Shown here: one piece after another, positions 1-16,400 of the stretch | Layout of the letters: each line of letters begins with the position of its first letter | Numbering within the stretch: the stretch's first letter is position 1 | Position numbers and translations under genes: made by a program | DNA from: the human T2T-CHM13v2.0 reference genome, Homo sapiens | Reading direction: 5' to 3' (one strand) | DNA: 64,000 bases | NCBI RefSeq assembly: GCF_009914755.1 | Contig: NC_060925.1 | The notes under the pieces: model-generated | Databases searched by the model: none | What the model was told of the DNA's origin: nothing | What the model saw: the letters and a program-made list of their open reading frames with translations, nothing else

Positions 1-1089
1 CTCCTGGTATAAATATTAGAGGTCAGGTTGTGGATGCTAGGCTTATGTCAAATATTTCTCTTTTTTTTAAGCTGCCATCTCATCAGGCCCAGCTGCTTTG
101 ACTTTTAACCTGCTTTTAAATGTATCTCTGCTCCTAAAATTCATGAACTATGCCCTTACTCATATTAAGTGATTTGTCCTTTGATTCCCTTGTAGTGGAA
201 AAAAAGCCTTAATACTAGTTTGAATTCTGACCACACTCAAAGGCACAAAAGCTGAGTATGAATTTTTTTAAGGCTATCATGTTGGCTGTGAGTCCTGTAC
301 GTCGTCTTGAAATGGCAGACTGCAATTAAATTCATCGAAATTCCATGAACTGTACTGAGCACCCACTGTAACACCGGGCACTGGCTCTGTGGATATCAAG
401 ACAAATGAGACACAGTCCTGGCTGGATCAACAGACTATTTCTCTTTTCCTTTTATCTGTCATTCCTAAGAAAACCAGGAAAAGTGTGAGTCAAGGACATC
501 AGAGGCTCCAAGCTCAATACTCAGATGTATGGGAGCTTACACAATTAATGAGCATTGTGTTTCAAAGTATGAATGTTTGTAAGTTGATACCAAAGAAACG
601 ACATCTGCTAAAAGAACTTTTGAAGCTGTCCAGAGCCCTTATCCTGGTGAACAAGGAAATGGCATCATTATTTTATAGTTGTAGGATTCTCTTGTTCCTT
701 CCTTTCTCTCCTTCTTCCTTTTCTTCTCCCGTGCTCCACCCAGTGTGGTTGCCCCCTTCTCTGTGACCAAGCCATAAGTCTAAAGTCCAAGGGCCCCAAG
801 CAATGGCTATGCAGACATCAACTTTGAAAGAATGCTCTGAACTAAGCATGGTGCTTAGGGGAGAAGATGTGGAGAACAGCTGTGTGTGGACCACATCAGG
901 AGGGCAGGTTGGCTAAACGTTTATCTGACAAGCTTTCATTTGTGCAGAGCCCACCTGCTGTTTGGTGCCAGCAATACACAAAACGGACTGAATGTGATTC
1001 ATGTGACTATCCTGGCAAACTGCAGCCACCTGAGGGCCACCTAAGTGGCCACACCATGTGTGCACAACAGCCACCATCAAGATGCTCTA

Positions 1090-1988
<899 letters not shown>

Positions 1989-2159
1989 GGGCTGCACCTG
2001 GCAGGCAGCTCAACAGCCCAGTGTGCCAGGTACCAAGCGAGGTGTATCTTTCTGTCCTAGTCCTTCTCATGTCCACCTGCCTAGAGCTCCATTGAGAGCC
2101 TGATCTCTGCTGAAAGATGAGGCCCTCCTATGCTACATTACACAACGCAAATGTCTCAC

Positions 2160-2256
2160 CACTGAATCTTTCATCTTCTTGGGGAGAGGGTCAGCAGCTG
2201 ACTCTGCCAGATTTTGATGTAAAAATTTAGGAAACAGCCTGCATTGGATGAAGGAC
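2160..2256 (-). CDS. PCNX2: PCNX2 coding exon, 97 nt (SFIQCRLFPKFLHQNLAESAADPLPKKMKDSV)
   Basis: Acceptor TTTTTCCACTTTCAG|G; donor GTG|GTGAGA; DPLP motif. Confidence 0.93.
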
Positions 2257-3422
2257 CTGAAAGTGGAAAAACACAATACTTCATCAAAGATGTTCCTGGG
2301 ACAGTGTTTTCGGTAAATAACTTCACCTTAGATCTCACACCCACACATGACAAAAACAAGTGCTCTCTTCATTTAAAAATTTATAATAAAAAGAGGTGCA
2401 TGTTCAAGTGATCATAAAGATAGTGTTTTGATTTGTAAATTTCATCCTAATGAGAGCAGTCAAGTACCTTAGCAGTATCATTGCCCTCTATTGTCAGCAG
2501 TGGGACATGGGGAAGGTCCTCCATCTCTGCTAGCCCACTAGGGCTTCATCTTCACAATTAGCAGCAAAAAGTGAACATTGCACTAATACAATTGACACTA
2601 AAAATTGTGTGAACCATGTTTAACTTTTCTTTCCCCCATTTTTCATGCCTTTCACACTACTGCACCTCATGGCCTAAAATTATGGTGTCTCTGGTCTTCA
2701 AAGAGTTACGGTTATCTTAAATCAAAATCTTTCATAAATTTAAACAAATTACATAAGATGCTACTGTCAATATCTTAAACTCACTGTGGCATCACATGAA
2801 AGATTTCCAGTGCCAGAGTACACGTTACCAAAACTTAAAGATATGATTAAAGGGAAGATTGTAATGTATACTTTCACATTACTAAGCATTACATTAAATA
2901 CATTTTAACACTTTGGTGCAAATTTCACTTTAAATCCAGAGGACGTTGGCCAGATTGGGAACAACAACAACAACAAAACAATAAAATCAAACAAAATCTT
3001 TCTTTTCAGAGGTGCTGGTTTAGTCTCCCCAGGGTAACTGCCTAGAGTAAAGGCAGGGATGTAGTTAATGGATCTAGAGAGGGTATTGTTGAGGAGGCAG
3101 CTTCTTACCCAGCTCACCCAAAGGAAAGTCACAACAGGGCTTGGGTGCTATCGACCCTCTGTTCCTGCCACTGTGCATTTTACTCCAAAATCAAAAGAGC
3201 AAAACTAAAATGTTTGCTAGATGTTCATTTTTAATTGTTATTAGTTTCTGGCTGGTCCTGTATTTCTCCTTCCCTCCTCTAGTGAGTGACCAGCTAGTTT
3301 AATAATGAGAGTCAAATCACAATGGGCAGTGAATTGCTGTCTGCCCATCTCAGTCAGGGCACAAAGCTGCAGGAACTATGCCCCCAGCTCAGTGATGAGA
3401 GAGCACAGGCATAGACCACTCA

Positions 3423-3533
<111 letters not shown>

Positions 3534-3977
3534 CTAAAGAAAAGACATCAGTTAGCCAAGTCACTCCACAGCTGTGTGAATAGCAGGATCTCTATCAGAC
3601 ATTTAGAAATATCCCCAAGGTCCAGCTGGATGGATGAGTTATTCCCATGATTATTCCTGCCCACGGACATATAAGCATCTGGTGGGCACACAAAAAACTC
3701 ACCTGTTGGTTTATAGACATTGATTTTGATAAGGAACTTTTTGACTAATTATACATACTTATAAGAATAAAACTGAATCTTTCCTGAAATTAAGCTTAGA
3801 ATGTTCTATAGAATGTAATATTAAACATGTGTCCCTCCTCTGAATTCAATATAATAATTAACAATTATAATAATTGTATTTCTCAATGTTTATTAATTGA
3901 TGGTCTAAATGGCATAAAAAATGTAAAAATGACATAAGAGATTAAATAGACTAATGAACTGAAAACCTGATAAAGAT

Positions 3978-4532
3978 TGTAGAAAGTAGAAAAGTTCCTC
4001 TTCAAAGCTTGTCTTGGTTTAAAAATATAATAATAGACACTAGGAATAATAGCTTCTTACTCTAAAGCCTCCTATCAACTATCAGTTCTTACACTTTAGC
4101 CCAGTTAGTTGCTTTGGCTTACTCAAGCATGTCTGGACAGGCCCAGGCAAGTCTTAGCTCATAGCTTATGCCCCTTCCCTATTTGGAAATGTTATTGCTT
4201 CCTTAAACCTTTCATGAGCAACTTCCTCTTCTTCTTTGTTCTCCCTTGCACTTACCTGTTTAAGAAAGTGTTAAGCTATTAGCAAATAGGGTATCTGTTT
4301 AAGACTGTGAGGTCCAGCTCCAGCCAATGGATGCCAGACACAGCAGTAAGGACGACCCAAATGTGTAAGGGATAAATATGTCTGCTTTTCCTTTGTTCAA
4401 GCGTGCTCTCGCCATTGTTCCATCTGCATAGAGCACCCTTTCTGCAGGAAGTAAAAATGGCCTTGCTGAGAGAATTAAATTTATGTTCGAGTGCTATTTC
4501 TTTGTGGCACCAGGGAACAAGCATTTCTAACA
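3978..4532 (+). mobile_element. ERV1 solo LTR, LTR10 family (LTR10B/D-like)
   Basis: TG...CA termini; 5-bp TSD AAGAT (3973-3977, 4533-4537). Confidence 0.85.
4125..4154. promoter_or_regulatory. Candidate p53-family response element (three abutting half-sites)
   Basis: AAGCATGTCT GGACAGGCCC AGGCAAGTCT versus RRRCWWGYYY: perfect, one mismatch, perfect; no spacers; inside an LTR10. Confidence 0.7.
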
Positions 4533-5318
4533 AAGATTAAAGATAATCACCTGAGGAAAGAGCAAAGTTATTTGAAATGAAAAGAGGCACTTCAGGTTTA
4601 ATTTGATAGAAGCACAGATGTCAGTTATCAACACATTGTATTCGGCCTGGCAGAGCAGAACATGGGAAATACATGTTACCACCCCAACCAGTGTGGTGGC
4701 CTGGGACTCCAGCTCCTCTCCCACACACACCTGGTGCTCCCACCAACACAAACATGTCTCTCATACACCAAGAAGAAAACGTCTACATATTTAATCTTCT
4801 CAATCACCATCAGCAGAATCACTGATGCCTTCTGAAAGCTGAATTTAGTCAAGAACTTAAATACTTTTCTGTCAAGATTTTTTTTTAAGATGGGTTAATT
4901 GTGGTGCTTATAATGAAATCTACAAATGAATGAGTCAAGTGTGCTTAGCAGTTGTCCACTGTAACTGCTAAAATAGTCTGGAAAAGCAAATGATACACTG
5001 GATAGAGCAAGTGATTTTATTTTTACATGCTTCATTTTCCTAGAAATTAAAATGTATTTCTTTTATCTTCCCCATTGTGGAAGTCTAAACGCCCGAGAGC
5101 AGTACCTGTAAAGCAAATTGCAGGGAGCTGAGTCTTCCTGAGGCTGCTGAGCTGCATGGCTACAAAGTCAGGAAGTAAGACTCACTGCCTCCAGACGCAC
5201 TCTCCACACAGCTCCCCACACCAGGACGCCCTGCATGCCTCTCATATCAGCTTCCCCGAGGGTGGGGTGCCTTTTCCAGCACTCTAAGGTACCATGTCTG
5301 CATTTATTATTTTTCTAA

Positions 5319-5854
<536 letters not shown>

Positions 5855-5926
5855 AGTTGCTGACATCTTTAACAAATAAAAAAAGTTCTCCTTCCCCTTG
5901 ATCCAGTTGCCCTTGAAAGCTACTGT

Positions 5927-6290
5927 ACTCTTAGTCTGTTCGGGCTGATATAAGAAAATATCATAGACTGGGTGGCTTATAAACCACAGAAATTTATTTC
6001 TCACAGTTCTGGGCACTGAAAGCCCAAGGTCAAGGTGCAGGAAGGAGAAGGTTTGTTGTCTGGGGAGGCCCTGCTTCCTGATTCCTAGATGATGCCTTTT
6101 TGTTGTGTTCTCACATGGTAGAAGATGCAAGAGAGCATTCTAGGGCCTCTTTTACAAGGACACTGATCTGATTCATGAGGACTCCTCCCTCAATATCTGT
6201 AATCACCTCACAAAGCCCTCGCCTCCAATACCATTACATTGGGGATTAGGTTTCAACATGAATTTTGAGGGACACATTCAGTCTATAGCA
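5927..6290 (-). mobile_element. MaLR solo LTR (MLT1A-like)
   Basis: CTTAGTC...AGAAATTTATTTCTCACAGTTCTGG...GACACATTCAGTCTATAGCA, typical reverse MLT1. Confidence 0.8.
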
Positions 6291-6419
6291 TACACTATCC
6301 CTCTTTTTTATTTCAGTGCCATCTCAGCCTTTCGAAGGTCTGAGCTCCACATTTCACTCCTGGTCATCAGTGAATGACTCAGTAGTCTCTGTCAAGCCGG
6401 GTAACTCCCATGAGTGGAG

Positions 6420-6530
6420 GTCCTACCATGAGCTGTGTGACACTGGCTAAGTTACTAGACATCTCTGACCATTGGGTTCCTCTTCTTTAACAAGGGAAAA
6501 CAATACCTACTCAATGGTTGTTGTGAGGGT
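6420..6530. mobile_element. MIR fragment
   Basis: AGCTGTGTGAC..GGCTAAGTTACT..CTCTG..AATACCTAC..GGTTGTTGTGAGG core. Confidence 0.65.
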
Positions 6531-6679
6531 GCTTTTCTGTAACCCAGGTGATTTAAGTTTTTGACATGGGAGGGGTCAATGCAGCCCCCACTTGATGACG
6601 GACACCTGAGAGCTGTTTCTTTCCCACCGTCTCAACAGTCTCCTGATCCTTGTGTGCCATCAATACACATTTTCAATGC

Positions 6680-7250
6680 TGCTCCAATTTGCTTCTTCTT
6701 TCCATTGCATCCTGTCTGGTTAAGGCTTCCACTGTCTTGTCCCAGGACTACTGTTAATGCTTCCTAATGGGGACTCACCCTTCAGTATCCACGCCCTACC
6801 CCACCCCACAGATCCCACACTCTGTCCTTTGTATAGTGACAGAGTGGTTCTCCTCTCCAAAAGGCTAATCGGATCATGTCTGTGCCCTTCACTCAGTATC
6901 TTTCAATGATTCCTCATTACCAACCAAATGAAATCTACTCCACAGGCGATGCATAAGCCCACCTTTTCAGCATCCTTCCTCACATTTAGGATATACACAG
7001 CAGCAAAACCCGAAAGAGGAATTGCTCCCTGCCCTCCTGCCTTTGCCTACATGGTTCCATCTGCACAGAGGGCTCTTCTGTCCTGACTCCATTCCATTCC
7101 ATTCCATTCCCCTCTACCTGGTGAACTCCTACCCATGCTTCAGTGCCCAGTATAAGTTCCACCTGCTCAGTGCTGCCTCCTCTGACTTCCCAGGCAGAAC
7201 AGAATCCTCCTCCTTTGTGCATCAAAATCACCTTTAAACATCTCTAGGGT
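6680..7250 (+). mobile_element. L2 fragment(s), degenerate
   Basis: Pyrimidine-rich L2-like motifs (GGATCATGTC, CTTCAATG.TTCCT, CTACCTGGTGAACTCCTAC). Confidence 0.5.
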
Positions 7251-9440
7251 AGCATTTAAAGTGTCTCTTTTTTTTTCAGGGGCATAGCTGGGCTCTGCCC
7301 CTCAGCAGAGAGCACCTGCCCACAGGAGTTGTGCATACACATCTGCTAAGTCACAAGGACAGAGTAGCTCTTCAGCATGTTTCACTGAATTAATGGTGGA
7401 AACACTTTCACTATGTTCTTTTATTATGTTTGGTATGAAAACGACCTGCAATAAGACTTGTTAGCTCGAACTCAAAGGCAGCTGGCAACTTTATCCATGT
7501 TAGAAAAGACATTCTGGGGCAACCTGATGGCACAATCCCCTTCAAGATGCTACCGGCATCACCATCCCTGAAGCAGCATCTCCTATGTGTGCCCATCCCC
7601 CATGACACCTTAGGCACCTCTCACTGAGTCCCACCATTTACTTGTCTGCCTTCACATTAGACACCGGACTCCCCAACAAGGGGCAACCTTACATGTTTCT
7701 TTCCCCGGTACCTGGCACAAATGTTAGCACCCTGACATATCCTTGCGAGAATGACTACAAGGTTTGGGCTTTCATAATGACTCATGTGGACAAGAATTTT
7801 CAGCAAGAAAAGAAGATGAAGGAATTGAGTAGCTTACATCAAATGTGGATCAGGCAGTGAAATGCTGCGGAAGTGATGAGATTATCAGAGAAAAGGCAAT
7901 CTCCTGACTATGTGCTTCTCATTATTCCTTCAAACAGTACCCCCAGCAACAGGAAAGTTATTCTGAAACTTGAGTTTTATGCTTTCCTAAGAGTCCACGC
8001 ATCAAACATTCATTCATTCCTACAATGTGCTGGGTACCCAGAAGCATAACCATGAACAGGACAGAGAGAGTCTTGGAAAGGAAAGACACATGGATAACTG
8101 CAGTCAAGTATGACAGATGAGGGGACAATGAGCTGCTCACAGAGCACACGAGGGGCTACACAGCAGGAAGCAGAAGCTCACATGAGTCAAAGGAATGGCA
8201 TTTAAGTGGATCCCTGCACACAAATGCAGAACGTGGTCCTTCCGCTGCAGGGGCTTCTGGAAGAGCCAAGCAGGGCAGATAGGGCTGGCTCTTCCATCCT
8301 TACATTGACTTCACCCTGCTCTGTCCATCCACCTAGGGCTTCTCTTATTTCATTTCATACTTGACCATTACACAATAAACACAAAACGTTTTCCAAAGAA
8401 GAAGAACCTGCTAACTTCTATTTCTTGTCATTGATTCATCTGCACTAACCAGTGCTGTGTATTTAATTCATGATTTTGTGAAGGTGGAACCTTTTCTCTC
8501 ACATGTAGCCCATACATAGGAAGACCCTGGAAGAAATTCCTATGAGAAATGAGTAACTAAGACCCTAGAAATAATTCTCATGACATGGATCAGAGAAAAG
8601 GTCAAGGGAACAAGTGTTGGCAGAAGTTGGTTCCAGGCTCACTCATCGTTGAAATGAATTGTTCTGTGGAAGGCACTTAATTTCTCGGTGGTTCAGCTTC
8701 CTATTCTGTAAAAAGGGGATGACGACACCTTTCTTAATGAGATTTAAAACAGCCTTGTCCCCAGCAAAGTTGAATGTCAGTGTTAGTTTTTCATTAATTG
8801 GAAAAGAAGGGGTACCCATGATGGATGGTCTTTGCTGACAATAAATTAAGTCCAGGCTCCAAATATATTTTGATAATTGAGTTTACCTACTTTTATTCCC
8901 TCAATACTCCTTGCCTAAATCTCCTCTCATTTTCTCTCTACTTCGATATTTAATCAAACATTTCCAACAAAAACACCAAGGACAGCTGTTACACTCCTGG
9001 TTTCTGTCCTATATTAGTAGAAGTCTGTATTCATTCTTCCATTACATATGATTTCTTTTAAGGATAACTAATAGCTTTGGGGTAAATTGTTGAACAGGAG
9101 TAAATGGCAATGTGGCCACAGGGGCAGGAAGAAGGATGTTTATGTCCTTCAACAAGAAAAAGCAAAGTTATGCCAGCGGGGCACACTTATTCTTCCAAGA
9201 AAAGGGTGGGATACAAGGTGTTAAGGAGTCCATATTCCAGGTGCTAATTTTCATGTTTACTTGCCCAACCTCACACTTCCACACAACTCTTTCTCAGAAA
9301 AAAAAAACTGACCTTCCCTGAGTTTTGACACATGGTAACAAAGCAAACCACCTGGATCTTCTGAGGCTCTCTCCTGGAAACACCCTCATTCTCCAGGTTA
9401 CCTGTTCACTTTTTCAACTAATGCAGATGTATACATACAT

Positions 9441-9442
<2 letters not shown>

Positions 9443-9485
<43 letters not shown>
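9443..9485. repeat. (CA)n microsatellite, about 21 units
   Basis: Direct reading. Confidence 0.97.
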
Positions 9486-9486
<1 letters not shown>

Positions 9487-12380
9487 CCCTCAGATTGGAG
9501 GTTGATTTCTCAAGGAAACAAGGACAAGAGAGATTACTTGATTATCAACATCATGGGTTATCCCTTCATATGCAGACTGCCATTTTCCAAAACCCACTAT
9601 CTTCAAGAAAGATTACCTTTAGAGTTGGAAGGAACTTCATAACTGAGATGGTCTCATCTCAAGTTATTGATCAAGCAAGGAGACAGGAAGAAAGAGACTT
9701 GCCCAAGGTGGTAAGACCAGTACCAGCCTCCACAGCCCTGAATTCAGTGCTCCATGTACCCCACCACCTTAAACGTGTATATAGCTAACTGTGAAAAATA
9801 TGTAGACATCTCACCACTTTTCATTTAAAAAAAAAGGTTAGGATGTTTTAATAATCACTGTAACTTACAAGTTCCCAGCATTACAGGCTGTTTCATCTAT
9901 TTATGCATCCATCCACACAACAGTGTTTGGAAACCTATTGAGCTACCTGCCTATTTCAGTGCTTGTTGCCTATTTCAGGGCTTGTTGAAACACATGTAGA
10001 GCAACGGCTCAGAGGAAGAAGGGATCAATTTTATAAAGATTTAAAATTTACAAATGTATATCTAAAGATATAAAGATTTTGGAAAGAGATAAAGTTTTAA
10101 ATGGTCTGTTGCCCACAGATAATGAAGCATTTATCATGTGACAGTTTGCTTCAAAATTAACATCTCTAATTGCTCTGAGACACATCTCATGGGCCTCAAA
10201 ATTGGGAATGATAAGGATTGATGAGTGCTGGTTTCATAAAACTCCCACAGGTTTTGAAATATTTTTATGAGGTAGTAATAAAACTGTCTAATAGTCCTAC
10301 AATTCTGTGGTAGATTTCACATGCATTTGGGAATTATCTGACGAGAATGCATAGGGCAGTCCGGCTTTGTACAAAAAAGCACACTCTGAACACAGTCTGA
10401 ATTCCAGCATTTTTCTCCTTAGAAGTTTTAGACACCTCTTATGTTGGAATTTATGGGACAGACTAACTGAGTGTTTGATTATAAAGTGAATATCAACAGG
10501 CCGAATTCTTGCTTTGCTATGCCTTTCATATCAGGTTTAAATACTTTCTTTTTAAAGAAACTGATTTTTTTATCGCATTAAACATAGGGACATTTTTGAG
10601 ATTGAGGTTTTATACATCCTAAAATAAGAACGAGATTGTACCATTTTGACTCTGTATAAGTCCTATTTCTAGGTCTATTTTTGACATGAATCCCATCTTT
10701 AAGTAAAAGGAGCGCTGGGCCCATAAAGTTCCCGAAATTTAGTAGGGAAAGATGTGTCACCCAGTCCCTGAACTGTGCTCTCTCTTCTTACTTCACACAC
10801 GGCCTGCGGAGTGTCATGTGGCCGGCACGTGTGGGTGTGCAATGGATACCTTCTAGGCCCTGGCATCCCCGAACCCCTAGAGTGCACCCCTGTAGCAGCT
10901 CTTGTCCATATTCCTCATGGACCTTGAACACCCCAGAAGGGGCTCCCCCAGTGCCTCACACTGACCCTAAATTATAGGTCAATATGTGTCCCGCAAATAA
11001 ATGAACAATTATGTGAACACATATGGCAAGTCAGACTTCACTATCTGCTAAGAGTAGATTCTTCTTATTTCATACTGTTTTCTTCATTTTGGTGAAAAAC
11101 ATGATATGTTTATGAATCAAGACAGTATTTCACTTTTAGAGATAGGTACTGAAGAAAAATGAGATAGTTAGCTGGCAAGACAGAATAACGGGTCCCACGT
11201 ATCCAAGTCTATCTATAGCTACATGGATAAATACATAGAAATGCACACACACACACACACACAAATACGTGTACTTCAGGGAAAACATTAACATTTACTT
11301 TCCTTCTCATTGCCCTTTTGCAAGTTATCTGTAATTATTCAATCCAAGATTTTTGTAGCACACCTTTTATGTGACAAACTAATAGGACATAAAAAGCAGC
11401 ATATATAAACCACAGTCTGTGACTTCAAGGAGCAATGAAAAGTGTGCACAAGCAAGAAGAAACACAGCAACAGCTCCCATGCATTCGGCAGCGACTACCT
11501 GACTTGCTGCTTAACATTCACGACCACACGTAGTTTTTAAAACACATCGAAGGTAAAAGTATTGCCCATTTTACAATGAGGAAACAGGCTTTTACTAGTT
11601 ATTGTGGTAAGTATCTATATTTTTCACATAGAATTGATTACATACAGAAAAAAACAAGGATTGAATGAACATCAGTAGGACAATGTTGTCCTCAGGATTC
11701 TGGAAGAGAGAAGATAAACTTTGGCTGGTGTCACTGAAACAAGTTTTGTCTTCCATCACTACTAGGGTCACAACAGCTCAAATTCTGGGCCTAGAATGCT
11801 GTTTTCCACCTACCCTCTCCTCTCTGTATCCCTCACTCCCCATCAGTCACTACATTTCTGGATTTGATCCCAGCATGCTCTCGGGGCTTACTACCAAAAC
11901 CCCCAAGTCCAAATCTTACTTCACTCAACAATTGCAATTCCATTTTGAACAACTTCTGAGCTATCAATCAATATTCTTCCTGTTTTTTCCCCAAATCAGT
12001 GTCAGCTGACACCATCAAGCTTGAGGGTCATAATAATCCAGCAGTAACTAGGTTTGAGGGTCAATTCTACTTTTTTGCTGACCAGGAAGGGAAGCATGGC
12101 AGAAAGCACGAGCTGGCTGGCTGAGATCGGTTTCCCCTTCATCCTCAGCAGCAGATACTTCCTTGCAATTTGTTCAGACAGCCAAAAGACTTATTATTCC
12201 TGGTCTCTTGCAGCTAGAAATGATACAATTCTAGCCATAAAATATAATGTGAAGTCTGATATAAGTAAAAGTGAGTTAAAACTTAGGTTTTACTTTCAAA
12301 TTTATTACTATTAGCATTATTAACATTGTGGTTACAGTCATCATAACCACCAACTATTTATGCTAAGAATAGTTATCGTT

Positions 12381-13400
<1,020 letters not shown>

Positions 13401-16400
13401 CCACTTAACAGGAACTTTTAGCCAGGCACTTTATAGACATTATTGATTTGATTCTATTTGCTTCTTAAAACATCCACATGCGGTAGGTACTACTAATCCA
13501 TTTTACAATGGAAAAAACAATGTGAATTAGTCATGCACCCTTAGGCAAGTAAGCATTCTGTGTTTCAGGTTCACCACTGGAAAACAGGAATGTTGATATC
13601 TTCCTTATCGATTACATGGAGATATAGTAAGGGGCAAATGAGAAGACACTTCAGAAATTATTTTGTAGGTTAAAGAACCATTGATCTGCAACTGTCTTAT
13701 ATGCTGTGAACTGTTCTTTCAACAAGACAAATATATTTATACTTCAAGTGTGGTAGTGAGGATGGCACAAAAGGAAGACTGAAAAGACACAGATCTGGGA
13801 CGTGGGGTGTGTGATGCGGAGTAAATTACTTAATCTCTCTTTGGATGTTCACTTCCTCATTTTAAATAATAAAATGAAGGAATTGCACTAGGAGGCATCT
13901 CAGGTCCACTTCAGCATTAAATAATATCTAGAACTATGAGTTTGTTTTACATTTACAATTAGATTTTAAACCCTGAGTGCCTGTAAAGTAGCATGATGTT
14001 AGGCTGCAATCCTGTGGGACCCAGAAGAAATACAGGAAAAGCTCCCCCGCAAGCAGTTGTTAAGGATACGTGGGAAACATTAAATTATAATAATGTGCTT
14101 CAACCTCTGGATCCCCTTGCCATTAATAAAAAAGAAATCTCTTTGTAAAGGATAATAAAAAATAGAAATCATAGTTTATCCAGACACAGAAAGCCCAGTT
14201 AATTAACTACTGAGCTATTTCTCCGAGGAGCAAATATTCTGGTTGTTTCTGTAGATCACTGTCAAATACTATTTAAGTCAATGAGGGAGTCCATTTATAT
14301 GTTACTTGGTACCATCTTGGACGAGTCAAAGAGAATATGAAATTAAAAGAGGAATCAAATTTTCTTTCCCTAATTAATATTCCAGAGGACAAAATTAACT
14401 CATGGTCTCTGAATCTGCTTCTACCAAGTGATAATAATAAAAATTAAGGAAATAAACACATATATCATGACCCATATGGAAAACTGTATTGCTAGCAAGG
14501 CAGCTGACATGCTGAAACGGTTCACAAGGATCCATCAATCCATCATGATGCACTAGAGATGAAAGGAAAAAAAAATCAATTCCAGCAATGCAAAGAGTAA
14601 GCATAAAAGGCATAAACAAAAGCATCGTTAAACAAGAAGTAGAATCACGGCTCTGGGTAAGTGGGAGTTTGATTGAAGATGGGTGAGCTTTTCTTGTTTC
14701 CTAAGGACCCTCTTGACAATTTGCTAACCACATTCATTCAATTCACAGCATTTAATAGGTGCTGCATCTTCAAGTGGAGAGTCAGTCTGAGACTATTAGA
14801 AAACTCAGGACGTACAAAGGAGAAGGAAGAAATTCAAATTGCTCTATTTTTAACAAAAGGTGCTTCAAAATACGGTTAGAACATTAAGGTTTGTTTGTTT
14901 GTTTTTGGTTTTTTTACTACAGACTATAGTATTTATTGCAAATGATCGTTGTTCTATGCTGAGAAAGGGAAGTCAATACCTCCCTGAGATGAAATAAACC
15001 TTCCCAAAGCACCCCAGTTTCAACTGGTCAAAGCCTGTTTCAACACCTAAGTAAACCCCAGAGTTCTTGAAGTGTTTCTTTCCATCACAGAGTTAACGGC
15101 GTGCTTTCAAAATGGAATCTATTTACTCTGATCCAACAATGATTTACACCTATAACAAGCCATAAACTGAATAGAAAACAGAAATAAAAGTCTCAGCCCA
15201 GGATAGAGAATAGAGTTTATCTCTTGGGCTGGCTCTGATCAGTTGGCACTGGCTGACTGTAATATCTCCTGGGCAGCCCGAGGTACTACTGACCTCAGTT
15301 AGAAAAAAATGCTGTGATCAATTAGCAATGTCTGACATGAAAATGGAGCCACATTTGGGGAGGTGAGGGAATAACAGTATCTGTCCAGCAACTAGGTAAA
15401 AACCCAAGATACTCTATTTTTTGAATACCAGATTCTTCAGTAGTTTCTAAAACCCTTTAAGAATTTTGCAAGAAAAAGTTGTGTAACAATCCATGAATGC
15501 ACATTACTTTTGAGAGTATCTGAACTGATAATTATGGGCGTTCAGCATTTGTCAAATGCATGTTAAGTTCCTGAGGAGAAAGGAATGTCTTTTCCTCCTC
15601 CCATATCTTTACAGTACCCAGCAGAGCTATTGCTGAACAAATAAATATGTGTCGACTATCACAGAATACGAACGTTTCAACTTCTGCATCAGTTACAGAG
15701 AGCATGCATGTTTCCGTTTCCATTAATCAAGTACAATGATATTTACATCAGATGCTGTTTGCTATTCAGGGTTGCCACAAAGGGTAAAGTGTGGGGTCCC
15801 AGTCCAAATGGCATCAAGAACATCAAGAACAAGATCTCCCTCTCCCTAGAGCTCATTAAGTGTCCAATAAAATATTCAAAAAGAGAAAAGCCTGAAACCA
15901 CACTGGGAACCAGAGCAAGTTACTCGTGCACAAGTCATAGACCCTGAGGAATTTATGCCAGACCTTATATTATAGATGGGTCTAGACTGAAAGAAGATTG
16001 TAAGGCTGACTCCAACTCCTCTCTCCATTTGAAAGACAGTAGTGCACTGAGGAAGTAAACAGGAAAAGACCTCTGCTAACATCACCTAAATGAGAGGCAG
16101 AAGGGCTGGAAGTGAGTATAGACCAAGGGGTTAGCAGACATTTTACCACTTGGCCTTGCACGTCTGTGGATGGGCAGTCTGCAGCAACTCCTGCTGCCGT
16201 AGAGGCGGCAGCATTTATTCATTCAGGTCATGGATGTAGAAGTTAGAGCCAAGAGGGTAAAACAGAGATAACCACTGTCCCAGGCATTTCTTCATATCTA
16301 CTGCCTGTGATGAGCTTCCTGATATAACTACCCCAAACTCCATCAATAAGACATTTTCCCTGGGAAAAATCATCTCTGAACTAGTAGTGTATTACTGAAA

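Noticed and set aside
2481-2500. CTCF-like motif (also weak matches near 30490 and 38850)
   Set aside because: Mismatches at core positions; cannot be supported without ChIP data
16192-16213. GC-rich 8-bp hairpin TGCTGCCG/CGGCAGCA followed by TTT (terminator-like)
   Set aside because: Expected by chance in 64 kb; intrinsic terminators are irrelevant in a mammalian intron
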